The notes under the pieces were generated by a model. The model saw only the letters and a list, made by a program, of their open reading frames with translations, did not search any database and had not been told where the DNA came from. This document shows positions 1 through 10,609 of a DNA stretch of 64,000 nucleotides, piece after piece. The DNA comes from a virus (taxonomy: Duplodnaviria > Caudoviricetes), in the IMG/VR virus record IMGVR_UViG_2872477547_000003, positions 89,698-153,697 of that record; one strand, given 5' to 3'. The translations under genes and the position numbers were made by a program. The stretch's first letter is position 1. Each line of letters opens with the position of its first letter.

Positions 1-45
1 GCGGATGGAATACATATAAATATTTAAAGAGTAAAAATAAAATAA

Positions 46-276
46 GTGGAGGTTATGAGGGTGATAAAGAGGAATCTGCTTAGTAACCACGTTGATGAGA
101 TTATTGGTGAATATTACGCTGGCAAAGGCTATTCAGTCCATAGCATTGAACACCAGGAAAATGGACAATTGATTGTTGTTACGGAGCGAGTAGCAGAGGA
201 GAAGGAACCGGCAAAAGTTGATATCGCATTTGATTTTGTACATAGAAGACCACATAAGAAGAAGTATTTAGCATAA
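46..276 (+). CDS. small phage protein (YoqN-like)
   Basis: 76-aa ORF. True start probably 55 or 61, after GGAGG. Position matches the SPbeta yoqN slot. Confidence 0.6.
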   Translation: MEVMRVIKRNLLSNHVDEIIGEYYAGKGYSVHSIEHQENGQLIVVTERVAEEKEPAKVDIAFDFVHRRPHKKKYLA

Positions 277-292
277 AAAAGGCAAAGAGGAA

Positions 293-709
293 TTAACACT
301 CTTTACCGTTAGGTGATTTCCTTAACCGATTCGCAATGTACTTCATTACGTTTACTGCAATCGACACTAATGCAATAATCAATGCTATTTCAAATAAAAG
401 GATGTATCCAAAATTCACATTAAGCTTTTCAAAGTAATCGTTGGTAATAGAGAGGATTTTATAAATCCCTAGCATAAAAATAATAAAGGAAAGTCCTAAA
501 ATTACAAGTGACTTTTTAGAATAATCTTTAGCATGTTCAAAATTATAAATCATTATTGATAAAAATAACAAACCCGTAGCAATCTTGTGGGATAACGAAT
601 CATCGGCCGAAAATGATTGCGCCACAATACTGATGATTAATCCAGTAATACCGATTGTTTTACTCAAGGAATCACCTACTCTTATGTAAGTTAAGTATGA
701 GTTTACCAA
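293..709 (-). CDS. membrane protein (YoqO-like)
   Basis: Several hydrophobic helices. Antisense gene in the SPbeta yoqO slot. Confidence 0.6.
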   Translation of the reverse strand: MVNSYLTYIRVGDSLSKTIGITGLIISIVAQSFSADDSLSHKIATGLLFLSIMIYNFEHAKDYSKKSLVILGLSFIIFMLGIYKILSITNDYFEKLNVNFGYILLFEIALIIALVSIAVNVMKYIANRLRKSPNGKEC

Positions 710-790
710 TTAAAGGGGATTTTCTCAAGATGATACACATTAAAGTTAAATTAAAATCGTGATTTTAAACAGAATAGGAGGCCTTGATAC

Positions 791-1195
791 ATGGGCTTAT
801 ATGTAACACACGGAGCATTCGATGGGGCATACTCGTCATTCAATAATCTTAGAAGATTTTTATTAAAATCAATTGGAGGTAGTTGGCCACCTCATGATAA
901 CCAAAAATTTAAAGATGGCTATTGGTACTTTGGTAAAGGCTATTCAACAATAACCCATAAGGGACTAACAGAGTTTTTCGGTCATTCAGATTGTGATGGT
1001 GTAATTACACCTGAAATGTGTAAAGTTGTTGCTGATGAATTGGAAGCCATTTTGCCACAAGTAGAGGAATTAGCTAAATCAGAACCATCATATGGTCATA
1101 TATTGCGTGATGGCGGATGGGTAGCGGTTACAAAGCAGTTTATTGAGGGATGTAGACTGGCACATGAAAGAAATGAACCATTAGAGTTTAGATAA
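791..1195 (+). CDS. hypothetical phage protein
   Basis: 134-aa ORF with AGGAGG RBS. Its stop codon lies inside a palindromic site. Confidence 0.8.
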   Translation: MGLYVTHGAFDGAYSSFNNLRRFLLKSIGGSWPPHDNQKFKDGYWYFGKGYSTITHKGLTEFFGHSDCDGVITPEMCKVVADELEAILPQVEELAKSEPSYGHILRDGGWVAVTKQFIEGCRLAHERNEPLEFR

Positions 1196-1227
1196 AATCT
1201 TGTTTTTAAACAGATAGGAGGAAACGA

Positions 1228-1743
1228 ATGAATCAAGATATTCAATTTTTAAAAGAACTTCAGCAAGAGTTGAAAAATCAAGACAGCGACGGTCAAGCTG
1301 CACCACGTTTCTGGACAGTTGGTGATTATGAATGGGTCGAAGCTCGAGCGGAAAATGCAGAACGGTATTCTGTATACCTGCCATATATTTCAGAAGCATA
1401 TGTTTTAGATGATTATTTAGAAGATTTAAAAGAAGATAGTGAGCTGTCTAAGGAAGCCTTAACAGAGTTGAAAAAGGACGACTTTGACGATGCTATTGAG
1501 TGGATTCAAAAATACATTGATGAAGAAGCAGAATTAATTCCAGAAAGAAAGGTTCATATTGTACGGCCGGATACAATGTTTTTGACCAAAGCAGAAACGA
1601 AGGCGCATATCAAATTAAATAGGCATCACTACACTTCAGAAGCTCATACTTACGCAATGACAGCTTGGAGAGCACCAAAAGTTGAGCGGCTGCTTAACAT
1701 ACTTGAAACGTTTGATTGGGATTCAATTAAAGACAGTCAATAG
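1228..1743 (+). CDS. hypothetical phage protein
   Basis: 171-aa ORF with AGGAGG RBS. Confidence 0.8.
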   Translation: MNQDIQFLKELQQELKNQDSDGQAAPRFWTVGDYEWVEARAENAERYSVYLPYISEAYVLDDYLEDLKEDSELSKEALTELKKDDFDDAIEWIQKYIDEEAELIPERKVHIVRPDTMFLTKAETKAHIKLNRHHYTSEAHTYAMTAWRAPKVERLLNILETFDWDSIKDSQ

Positions 1744-1764
1744 AATTCACAAGGGAGTGGCAAA

Positions 1765-2073
1765 ATGAATACATACGTAGTCGACAACAGTAAATATAAA
1801 TGCATTTATGCGGGAACTAACAAAGAATCTGCTTTTGACAATGATTTTGAAAATGGAACAAGAGTTAGAGTTTGGTTCGAAGGCAATCACATAAAAACAT
1901 TTGAAAAAGAACAAAGAGAAGTCTGTGGAGTAGGAGCATGGATTCTGAAGTATGATGCTGCTACTGAATTGCAAAAGGAAGTAGATCGTTTGGAAAAGAC
2001 CTATTTCAAGAAGAAAGAGTTGTTAGATACTATTAGACAAGCTGATGAAGTCGGAAGGGAAATCAATGAATAA
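1765..2073 (+). CDS. hypothetical phage protein
   Basis: 102-aa ORF with GGGAGTG RBS. Confidence 0.75.
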   Translation: MNTYVVDNSKYKCIYAGTNKESAFDNDFENGTRVRVWFEGNHIKTFEKEQREVCGVGAWILKYDAATELQKEVDRLEKTYFKKKELLDTIRQADEVGREINE

Positions 2074-2422
2074 AAGAAATCAATACTCAATTACAGTAGA
2101 TGTTAATGGAGGAGAATATAATCAGGAGTTTGTAATTTTAGCGAAATCGCTAAGTAAAGTTGGGCGAGATAAGATGATTGCTGATGGTGTGACAATTCAA
2201 TTTAATGACCAAATTCTTGAATTAAATAGTAATAAAGAAGATTTGAATGATTATTATAAGGGTCAAACATTAACTGTTAAAGAAGATTGCCTAAATAACT
2301 TCTGGAAAGGCGGAACCGTTACTGTTGAAGATGTAGATGTACATAGAGGCATATTAATAGACGGTGTCGTTTACTTAGAAAAACAAGTGGTAGATAAGTA
2401 TTTTTCAAGAGAAGAGGAATGA
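2066..2422 (+). CDS. hypothetical phage protein
   Basis: ORF overlapping the previous stop. ATG at 2066 is the likely start. Confidence 0.7.
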   Translation: MNKRNQYSITVDVNGGEYNQEFVILAKSLSKVGRDKMIADGVTIQFNDQILELNSNKEDLNDYYKGQTLTVKEDCLNNFWKGGTVTVEDVDVHRGILIDGVVYLEKQVVDKYFSREEE

Positions 2423-2423
2423 C

Positions 2424-2774
2424 ATGTACAGAAAGATTTTCGATACGGTTAACGTTATTGATGGGCAATCAAAAGTAACTGATTGGTTACATAAATTAAT
2501 GCTTGAAGATGAAAATTCACTATACAAAATCGATATTAAAGTTTCTAAAAGGAGGGTTTCTGAACAAGGCGAGGTGTATAGAGAGGAAGGAGAATACATA
2601 GAGAACGCAGATCTTCGAACTTTACCAATTGGGACAAAATTCTTTGTGCAAAACGGTTGTTGGAAGGGTGAAATTGTTTCGGTGAATGAAAAGAAACATT
2701 TATATATGCCACAGATTGGAGAGATGAAGGAAATTAAAGTGGGAGCAACTGGGTTGAATATAGAGATTGAATAA
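2424..2774 (+). CDS. hypothetical phage protein
   Basis: 116-aa ORF. Its stop lies inside the palindromic site at 2772. Confidence 0.75.
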   Translation: MYRKIFDTVNVIDGQSKVTDWLHKLMLEDENSLYKIDIKVSKRRVSEQGEVYREEGEYIENADLRTLPIGTKFFVQNGCWKGEIVSVNEKKHLYMPQIGEMKEIKVGATGLNIEIE

Positions 2775-2887
2775 AAGATAGTTTTTATATAGTTGAGCTG
2801 TTGAAACGATCGCTATAATAGAGCTAATCTTCGCCCTAAAATACGTGTGAATATTATAGCGATCTTGACTGAAAATTTCTTTCTGGA

Positions 2888-3247
2888 TTATTCCTTTATT
2901 AAATAAGATTTTAGGATGCTCGATGCTACATCTGTGAGAATAGATAAAGAGACTCCCTCAACCTTTGATACAACAGCTTTTGTCTTTTCCCATACGTTTC
3001 GATCTTTTATTGTTTCTAAAAACATATGACCATTGTATGTCATTTGACCAACCTCTATCTTATCTAAATCAGCCTTTATAAATTCAGCTTCAACTAATTT
3101 TTCGACCGTGTAAAGAACATCATCAAGGATGTACTGTTTTGAAACAGCGAAACGATGTAAGTCACTAAGTTTTAAAATTTTATTTCGTGGTTTTGTTGCT
3201 TCAATAGTTAACAGTATATCTCTTACTATTTCAGGTTTGAGTTCCAA
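2888..3247 (-). CDS. DUF2513-like winged-helix protein
   Basis: Pattern VRDILLTIE...L.EA.FI...MTYNGHMFLETIKD..VWEKTK is typical of DUF2513. Confidence 0.7.
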   Translation of the reverse strand: MELKPEIVRDILLTIEATKPRNKILKLSDLHRFAVSKQYILDDVLYTVEKLVEAEFIKADLDKIEVGQMTYNGHMFLETIKDRNVWEKTKAVVSKVEGVSLSILTDVASSILKSYLIKE

Positions 3248-3375
3248 AAAATCATCCTTTCATTTGTTATTAAGTGAATTATCTCAGTTTTTATTAGAAA
3301 GGAGTAGAGAACTCCTGTTCCCTTGGAGATGGGATAAAAACGAATTTTATCAAAATTAATTAGGAGGATGAAGTA

Positions 3376-3636
3376 ATGAGTGTAGTAGTGGAGTTTATGA
3401 ATGAACTTTTTGAGGATATGGACGGTACTAATTGACATATTACAGCTATAGAGGAATTTAAAGAAGTAACACAAGATGGCGTGGTATATGCAAAATTAGC
3501 AGACGGTTCGATGTATGAAAAACAAGACAATATTTATATTTACCAAACGACCGGCTATTTAGGAGATGATTATAGTGGAACGATAATCAAACCAATTACA
3601 GATACTATTGCTCTTGTTATGGGATATACCTGCTGA
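3376..3636 (+). pseudogene. 86-codon phage gene with an internal TGA
   Basis: AGGAGG RBS and ATG at 3376. In-frame TGA at 3433-3435, then the frame stays open to TGA at 3634-3636. Confidence 0.65.
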
Positions 3637-3754
3637 GAATTAAAGTGGTTAGGGATAAAGGGTACCCTCATTAAAGAAAAACTAATTGATCCATGTACTA
3701 AATTTTCACTTTGCTTTTAAAGGCTAGGCTCTAAGGAATTATGTAACGGAGAGA

Positions 3755-4567
3755 TTACACTCTCCAGGATTCGAAGGAAGGTATGCGGAGTTTTCCGTGC
3801 TTAGTCTTAAATCTGTGCTTAACCTTACATAAAATAGGCTCAATATATACATATTCATCTGATTCAGACTTTACTTGTTTCATAGAATGAAACTTGCCAC
3901 GTTCTGCAGGTGGCATGAATTCCATAAATCCAGCTGCAGTTCCATCGGGATAGGATAGAAGGAATTTTATATCCTTTTTGGTGTAGCCGGTAATAAGAAC
4001 TTCGGTGTAATCGTAATTGATCACTTTCAGCCAATTATGTGAACGTTTATTGATCTCATAAGGGGAATTAGCTTTCTTGATTACGATTCCCTCTAAATTC
4101 TTTTCTTTGGCCAGGTTAAAGTAAGCTAGTCCGTTACCTTGAATTCCTTCGATTACAAATACATTAGGATGATTTAGCTCAAGTAAGTTTAGAACTGTCT
4201 TACGCTCAGTGAGGGGCTTAGCTGCTATTGACTGACCGTCTTTGTAAATAACATCAAAAACACAGTAAACAATCTTATGAGCTGACTTTTTGGACATGAA
4301 ACGTTCCATTACAGCTTCAAAGTCAGGAGCACCACCTGAGGCAGCTACAATAACTTCACCATCGAGTACTGTTCCATCTGGAATATCTAAGTCCAAGAGT
4401 TCTGGAAACTTGCTTGTTACTTCGTTGTTGTGACGAGTGTATAGCTTAATCTGATTATCAAATTTAGAAAGGATGAGTCTGATTCCATCAAATTTGAGCT
4501 CAGTGATATAGTTCTCGTCGTCAAATGGCTCTTTTATTGAATGTAATAGCATTGGCGATACAAACAA
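3755..4567 (-). CDS. ligB: ATP-dependent DNA ligase (SPbeta LigB)
   Basis: Motif I ELKFDGIR, plus LDGE, FDVI and EGIVIK motifs. 270 aa. Confidence 0.93.
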   Translation of the reverse strand: MFVSPMLLHSIKEPFDDENYITELKFDGIRLILSKFDNQIKLYTRHNNEVTSKFPELLDLDIPDGTVLDGEVIVAASGGAPDFEAVMERFMSKKSAHKIVYCVFDVIYKDGQSIAAKPLTERKTVLNLLELNHPNVFVIEGIQGNGLAYFNLAKEKNLEGIVIKKANSPYEINKRSHNWLKVINYDYTEVLITGYTKKDIKFLLSYPDGTAAGFMEFMPPAERGKFHSMKQVKSESDEYVYIEPILCKVKHRFKTKHGKLRIPSFESWRV

Positions 4568-4636
4568 AATATCACCTCCTACTTAGAACATATTAGCTAA
4601 GAGAAGGTGATATATAAAGCGATATGGCAGTGGTAC

Positions 4637-5311
4637 TTAATGGGATTCAATGAGCTCAGGTGAATTGTTTTTAGGTGAATTCACTAAAGATGAAACCTGG
4701 TATGCTTTCATGTCATCAGCATCATATGGCTGCAGTAAGCTTTGTAGATAATCAGGATCAGTATTTTTAGGGTTAAGCCATTCCTTTTCGTTCTCATCAG
4801 TAAGGATAACTGGCATCCGATCATGTATGTCCTTCATAAGCTCATTAGGCTTTGTTGTGATGATTGTGCATGTGTACAACGGATTGCCCTCTGGTGTATT
4901 CCACTTTTCATATAAGCCGGCAAAAGCAAAGAGATTCGATGATTTAAGCTTAATCCGCATAGGGATCTTAGTCTTTGGATCAAGGCGTTTCCATTCATAA
5001 AAACTGTCAGCGGGTATGATACAACGTTTGCTGACGAGCGGTTTTCGAAAGCTTGGTTTCTCGGCCAGTGTTTCGGCACGAGCATTAATCATCTTGTATC
5101 CAATCTTTTCATCTTTAGCCCAAGGAGGGATAAGGCCCCATCTAAGCTTGCCCAGACGGTTATTGGATCCATCGTTAATGATTGTCAGGATGTTTTGTGA
5201 AGGAGCGACATTATAGCTTGGGTGATATTCTTCTTCGGGTAAGAATTGATCTATATTGAATTGCTCAATGATGTCATCAAACTCAGAGAATAAAGTGAAC
5301 CTGCCACACAT
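4637..5311 (-). CDS. yoqW: SRAP/HMCES abasic-site processing protein
   Basis: N-terminal MCGRF with catalytic Cys2, INARAET, and HDRMPVIL. Confidence 0.93.
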   Translation of the reverse strand: MCGRFTLFSEFDDIIEQFNIDQFLPEEEYHPSYNVAPSQNILTIINDGSNNRLGKLRWGLIPPWAKDEKIGYKMINARAETLAEKPSFRKPLVSKRCIIPADSFYEWKRLDPKTKIPMRIKLKSSNLFAFAGLYEKWNTPEGNPLYTCTIITTKPNELMKDIHDRMPVILTDENEKEWLNPKNTDPDYLQSLLQPYDADDMKAYQVSSLVNSPKNNSPELIESH

Positions 5312-5378
5312 GTTCATCATCCTTTAGGGTTTTTGAATATTGTACAGGCTTGATACACGAAAATCAAAAAGGAGGTAT

Positions 5379-5609
5379 GTGATGCTGCAGCAAACAGTTG
5401 AGGTTAAGGTTAAAGAAGTTGATGTGTTGATCAGGGGAATATGGAGAAAGAAAAAGTTCACCGATATTCAAAAGGGGCAAACCTTTAAGATTGAGGAGAA
5501 CGGAAGAACAAAGAAATACATAGCGAGAACAGATCCTTATTGGGATGACATGTTTGAAACTTACATTATTGATTTGTTGGATAAAAATAAAATTAGAAGA
5601 AATAAGTAA
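5379..5609 (+). CDS. small phage protein (YoqX-like)
   Basis: AGGAGG RBS before GTG/ATG at 5379/5382. Syntenic with SPbeta. Confidence 0.6.
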   Translation: MMLQQTVEVKVKEVDVLIRGIWRKKKFTDIQKGQTFKIEENGRTKKYIARTDPYWDDMFETYIIDLLDKNKIRRNK

Positions 5610-5661
5610 ACAGAAATCTAGATAAAAACGATATTTTAACCAGAATCCAGGAGGTAATGAA

Positions 5662-6057
5662 ATGAACTTATATGAAATTATGCTAGAGCACTTTGCACCC
5701 AAGGGAAGTGAGCGGGGTATCTTTACATACGTGCTTGCTCAATCTGATGAAGAGGTATATGAATGGTTGAAAACTGATCCAAGCCTATCTGACGGCAGGG
5801 TAGTCTATACCCCATATCAAGACAACGAAGCAGACGGTAAAACATATGCAATTTATAATCAGAGCTTTGATATTGTTGGTCATGAAAAATATAAAGATCG
5901 AATGATTCGATTAAAAGGTGAGTTGAATGATGAAGTTGAACTAACCGATCTTTATTACGGAATGACCTTAGTCGGGTGGCGTATGGTGAAATCGGATATT
6001 CCAACGGAACAAATTGAATTGTTAAAAGATACTGGCATCAGTATGGAGTTTGCATAA
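5662..6057 (+). CDS. phage protein (YoqY-like)
   Basis: 131 aa with RBS. Bracketed by palindromic sites at 5623 and 6055. Confidence 0.7.
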   Translation: MNLYEIMLEHFAPKGSERGIFTYVLAQSDEEVYEWLKTDPSLSDGRVVYTPYQDNEADGKTYAIYNQSFDIVGHEKYKDRMIRLKGELNDEVELTDLYYGMTLVGWRMVKSDIPTEQIELLKDTGISMEFA

Positions 6058-6154
6058 AAGTAATTTTTTATTCGGATAAGGGGGTGGTACTATGTGACTG
6101 CTTATAAGATGAAAATAGGGAATAAATATAAAATTATATAAGGAGAGTTGTTAA

Positions 6155-6979
6155 TTGTTGAAGTTCAAAAACAGAATAGAGGAAAAAGAGATTAAGGGGG
6201 CAGAGAAGGCGAGCTTTGGCGGGCCTAACCTTCTCCACCTGACACTTCGCAAGGTTACGAAGCTATATAAGTATATCACAGACAAGAAGTCTTTTCCAAT
6301 CCTAGTTACCTCATTGTTTGCATTGTTTAATCCCAATTCAGTTCTAGCTGCAGATAAGTATAGTAATTTTGAAGAATTGAAAGCAAATGAGTCACCTTTG
6401 AGCTATAACATTTTAACTACCGATGTTGATAGGCGTGTGCTTATTCTGGCTCCCCATGGTGGAGGTATTGAAGGAGGGACTAGTGAGCTTGCAAGAGAAT
6501 TAAGTAAGTCTTACTCTACCTATCTATTTGAAGGTTTAAGGATACCAGGAGCTTCTGAGTTGCATATTACAAGTACGAATTTTGATGAACCTCAAGCTTT
6601 AGATATATTAAGTAAGCATGATTTTACAATCTCTATTCATGGGTATGCATCAAGTGAAAAACATACTTTAGTCGGTGGGACAGACAGAGTAAAAGCAGCA
6701 AAGATTACATCATTACTTACCGATGCAGGCTTTTCTGCAGAATTACTGCCTGAAGGCTCTCGATTAGCCGGTACAGATAAACAGAACATTGCTAATAAAA
6801 ATAGTACTGGTATGAGTATTCAACTTGAAATAAGCACTGAACAACGAAGAGAAATGTTTAATACTTTTACACTGGCTGGAAGGAATGGAACGCAGAATCA
6901 AGTTTTTTATGACTATATTGCTGTTCTAACTAAATTCATTAATGAAAATGTGTATTGTATTGCTGGAGTAGCACCATGA
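6155..6979 (+). CDS. pghZ: poly-gamma-glutamate hydrolase (PghZ/YoqZ)
   Basis: APHGGGIEGGT, LHITSTNFDEP and SIHG motifs. N-terminal hydrophobic segment. Confidence 0.9.
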   Translation: MLKFKNRIEEKEIKGAEKASFGGPNLLHLTLRKVTKLYKYITDKKSFPILVTSLFALFNPNSVLAADKYSNFEELKANESPLSYNILTTDVDRRVLILAPHGGGIEGGTSELARELSKSYSTYLFEGLRIPGASELHITSTNFDEPQALDILSKHDFTISIHGYASSEKHTLVGGTDRVKAAKITSLLTDAGFSAELLPEGSRLAGTDKQNIANKNSTGMSIQLEISTEQRREMFNTFTLAGRNGTQNQVFYDYIAVLTKFINENVYCIAGVAP

Positions 6980-8736
6980 TATTGTTGAATAAATCCATGC
7001 GATACTATGTTGACTTTGATCAATGGGGAATAAATGCCTTTAACTCGAATCCAAATGAAACAACTAAAGGGTTTAATGAGGCTCTTATATACGCATCAAA
7101 AAATAATTTCCCCATTGTGGAAATTCCAAAAGGGAATTTTATTATTGATTCAGTAAATACATTAAATCAACGCAATCCTGAAGTGGGCGGGGGAATTAAA
7201 ATCCCATCAAATATGGAGCTCCTTTTAGATACAGAAGCAGTATTTCAAGTTAACCCCAATGGGTATCAAGGCTATTCTTGTTTTTATATTGGGCTTGCAG
7301 AGAACGTAATAATTAGAGGAGGTCATATTATAGGTGATCGATATCAACATGATTATTCTCTAATTGATACCGATAGAAAAACACATGAATGGGGATTCGG
7401 AATACATGTTCATGGGAGCAAAAACGTTTTGATTGAAAATGTAAAAATCTCAGATTGTATAGGAGACAACATTTGGATTGCAGCACACGGAATGATGAAT
7501 TATCCAGGGATGATTTATACACCTTCCAAAAGTGTGACCGTAAGAAAATGCGAATTGAAACGAGGGAGACGGAACAATTTAGCTACTAACGGTTGTGAAG
7601 GATTATTGGTTGAAGACTGTGATATAGAGGAGGCTGGAGGAGATACAATTGGCCCTCAACTAGGTATTGATTTAGAGGGCTACGGAGAAAACGGAAGAAA
7701 GTATGATCATCCTTATGAGTTAACAATCTCTGATTGCAGGTTTAGAAAAAATGGTCGTGGTTCGGTTACTGCTCATACAAGCGGTAAAGTTTCCATCAAA
7801 GATAACTACTGTGACAATGTTATTTCATATGGCTACAGTACAGATGTGAGTATTAAGGGTAACAAGATAATAAATGAAGGGGAGTCTAAAGAGTATGGAA
7901 TAGACTCTGTAGGCGTTTCGAGCACTGAGACTAGCAACAGAATTCAAATAACTGATAACAATATTCAAGGGTTTAAAATAGGCATGATGATTAGAGGAAA
8001 AGGGGTATCGATTGATAATAATACCGTAAAGAACGCTTCAAATTGTGCGATAGCAACACATATGGCCGAAGATGTTTCCATTTCAAACAACAGAATACAG
8101 GACAGCGATTGTATTCAGATCCAGGTGAGGAATTCATCAGATATTAAAGTGAGCAATAATAAAGGGAAAGGGACAACCTCGGCATATGCGATTAAAGTGA
8201 TGGATTCTAATGATGTCACCTTTATAAACAATAAGTTCTCCAATCTATATGGAGGTCTATATTGTGAAAGGTCACAGTCCATCAGAATTAAGCTAAACGA
8301 TTTCTTATTGAGTGGAAAAGGTTACGGTATATATTGGGATAAAGATTCAGAAGTCTTCCTAACAAGGAATGAGATATTTGAACCAAGAAATGTTGCAATT
8401 ATGGGGGCAGCTGATATGTACAATATCAGAATAAGTGATAACCAGATATATAATTGCAAAGCAATCATTGCGATCCACTTAATAGGCGGTTCTGAGCATA
8501 TGGTTAGAGGAAATGAAATCGTGTTTAACAGAGATTCAGATCAAGGCTATGGAATATATTTAAACGGGACAAAAAAGGTTCGATTAATTAGGAACGATGT
8601 TCAAGGTATTGGTTCAAGAATTCTTTCGCACCCATTTGCAACGTTTAATGCTTCCAGTACAACTTTAATACATAATACATACGACAGCGGGACACCTAGA
8701 TTAGCCTTAGATGATACACTAATCGATTATAAATAA
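6976..8736 (+). CDS. yorA: right-handed beta-helix (pectin-lyase-like) protein
   Basis: Repeated I.I.NN.I beta-helix turns. ATG overlaps the pghZ stop. Syntenic with SPbeta. Confidence 0.8.
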   Translation: MILLNKSMRYYVDFDQWGINAFNSNPNETTKGFNEALIYASKNNFPIVEIPKGNFIIDSVNTLNQRNPEVGGGIKIPSNMELLLDTEAVFQVNPNGYQGYSCFYIGLAENVIIRGGHIIGDRYQHDYSLIDTDRKTHEWGFGIHVHGSKNVLIENVKISDCIGDNIWIAAHGMMNYPGMIYTPSKSVTVRKCELKRGRRNNLATNGCEGLLVEDCDIEEAGGDTIGPQLGIDLEGYGENGRKYDHPYELTISDCRFRKNGRGSVTAHTSGKVSIKDNYCDNVISYGYSTDVSIKGNKIINEGESKEYGIDSVGVSSTETSNRIQITDNNIQGFKIGMMIRGKGVSIDNNTVKNASNCAIATHMAEDVSISNNRIQDSDCIQIQVRNSSDIKVSNNKGKGTTSAYAIKVMDSNDVTFINNKFSNLYGGLYCERSQSIRIKLNDFLLSGKGYGIYWDKDSEVFLTRNEIFEPRNVAIMGAADMYNIRISDNQIYNCKAIIAIHLIGGSEHMVRGNEIVFNRDSDQGYGIYLNGTKKVRLIRNDVQGIGSRILSHPFATFNASSTTLIHNTYDSGTPRLALDDTLIDYK

Positions 8737-8748
8737 AAAACTCAATAA

Positions 8749-8760
8749 GAACACTTGTTC
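8749..8760. promoter_or_regulatory. LexA (Cheo) box upstream of yorB
   Basis: GAAC-ACTT-GTTC, upstream of TATAAT at ~8778. Confidence 0.7.
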
Positions 8761-8821
8761 CCTTTGTTTGTTTGGTATATAATTTAGAAGTACCAAAAAT
8801 TTCAAAACAGGGGATGAGACT

Positions 8822-9115
8822 ATGAGTGAGCAGAAGCTTAGAATCGGAGAAATACGGTATGAGGTTTTCGATGATTATGATCCATTAACAGAGGAGTATT
8901 TAGGAAAGAACCTAGCAAATGCTTATTTTATTGCTGAAATTAAAAAGGAAAATGTAGTTCAAGTAGGGAATAGGAAAATTAATTACTCAAGTGATGTTAA
9001 AATTGGTTTTGATGCTTTCGGGGAAGAAACAAAAGAGAAAATCAAAGAGCATCTTCTGGCTGCATATAGTTTAATAGCACAAGGTGCAAAAGACTATGGT
9101 TTAGAGGAAATTTAA
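8822..9115 (+). CDS. YorB-like protein
   Basis: 97 aa. Synteny and an upstream LexA box. Confidence 0.65.
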   Translation: MSEQKLRIGEIRYEVFDDYDPLTEEYLGKNLANAYFIAEIKKENVVQVGNRKINYSSDVKIGFDAFGEETKEKIKEHLLAAYSLIAQGAKDYGLEEI

Positions 9116-9186
9116 TTAGAGTCAAGATGGGCTAGTTTAGACTTGGGCTAGCCCGTTAATACATAACGAATAAAGGGGTTAACTGA

Positions 9187-9567
9187 ATGCCAAACATAAT
9201 TTCTAAAGAGCAAGATGAAGCAATTAAATACTTTAGAAACAAATTGAATTTATCAGACAAAGACTTATACATACCGTTGATTAATTTTGAACTACTTAGA
9301 GACAAAAACGAACAATATGCGAACATACTTTATGAACTGTATAAAAATGATCCTTATTTGTTTATTAGAGCTTTAAAGGAAGGTTATGTGGTTAATCAAC
9401 CTATTGAATTTGATGAGGCCATTGTACGTTTCTTTAATGGTGAAGAACTAGCTATTGTACATAAAACAACAGGCAGAAGATACAATGTAAATGTGAAAAT
9501 GAAGCAGCTACCCGACGGATTTACATTGCAAACAATGGATGTATGGTTATGGAGTGAAATTGTTTAA
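9187..9567 (+). CDS. YorC-like protein
   Basis: 126 aa. Synteny. Confidence 0.65.
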   Translation: MPNIISKEQDEAIKYFRNKLNLSDKDLYIPLINFELLRDKNEQYANILYELYKNDPYLFIRALKEGYVVNQPIEFDEAIVRFFNGEELAIVHKTTGRRYNVNVKMKQLPDGFTLQTMDVWLWSEIV

Positions 9568-9849
9568 ATATTATAAATCCATGATATAATTCTCCTTAAT
9601 CCTAAGGGAGAGTAGTGAAATGGTTTTTGGAGGTTAAAAAAGTGATTAATATTATTGGAGGATGAGCTACTATGGAAGTTAGAGTCGGAGGCTGACCAAC
9701 CCGAAGAGCTGCCGTTAGGTGGCTCTTTACCTATAACCCAATAAAATTATCATTTTATTTAAATTTCAAAAGGAATTGTTAAGTTTTTCCCCTCATGGTA
9801 ATATGTTATTGAATTAATGATTCTTTTTTACTATAGGGGGATAAACAAC

Positions 9850-10476
9850 ATGGATCATGAGGCTACAAGGGAGTTACCTTTAGAAAAGCCAAAAAAAACT
9901 AAAAAAGTTATTTGGATTGTTTCAGTTTGTGCGGTGGTTGCACTTATAATTGGAGGAATCTATGGCTATCAAGTTTACAAAAAGAACAAAAAACTTGAGC
10001 AGCTAGAAGCGTATTCTAAGAAAGAGGAAAGTCTTGTCACTGATATGACTTCTTTAGGTGCAAGTTCAGAAGAAATAATTAACGAAGTTGAGACAACATG
10101 GCATGATGTTATTTTTAATGACCTACATAAAGTAAATGGAACATATGTTAGCGATTTTAATGATGCATTAGTTCAGCTTTACGCAGGTTATGAAGACGAC
10201 GGCAAGATTTCTGATTTAGAAGATACTCAAAAGACAATTGAAAAGCAGATTAAATCAATGAAGAATCATCCTTCTGAGTTCGATGATAATTATGATTATC
10301 TGCTTGATATATATAAAAACGTAAAGCAATTGTCTGATTTGGCTATTGAACCAAAGGGAAGTCTTGAGACTTATAAACAAGAAGCTTTGGATACCGACAA
10401 TGCTACTTCATCTGCAATGGATGATTACGATTTGAAGAAAGTAACCTTTAAAGAGCTTAAAAAGAAATATGAATAG
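9850..10476 (+). CDS. single-pass membrane protein with helical ectodomain
   Basis: Basic stretch followed by a TM helix (VIWIVSVCAVVALIIGGIYG). Own promoter-like region and a downstream hairpin. Confidence 0.75.
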   Translation: MDHEATRELPLEKPKKTKKVIWIVSVCAVVALIIGGIYGYQVYKKNKKLEQLEAYSKKEESLVTDMTSLGASSEEIINEVETTWHDVIFNDLHKVNGTYVSDFNDALVQLYAGYEDDGKISDLEDTQKTIEKQIKSMKNHPSEFDDNYDYLLDIYKNVKQLSDLAIEPKGSLETYKQEALDTDNATSSAMDDYDLKKVTFKELKKKYE

Positions 10477-10546
10477 CTTTGCCCAGGTGTTCCGTTCTGA
10501 ACGGAACTTCTCTTAAAAATTATTTAGAATAAAAATAAAATTACTA

Positions 10547-10575
10547 TTGACGATAATGTGAGGGTGATGTAAGAT
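10547..10575 (+). promoter_or_regulatory. sigmaA-type promoter of the replication operon
   Basis: TTGACG-17 nt-TAAGAT. Confidence 0.65.
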
Positions 10576-10609
10576 AAGAATATCCCACAGAGAGAAAGGA
10601 GGTCGTAAA

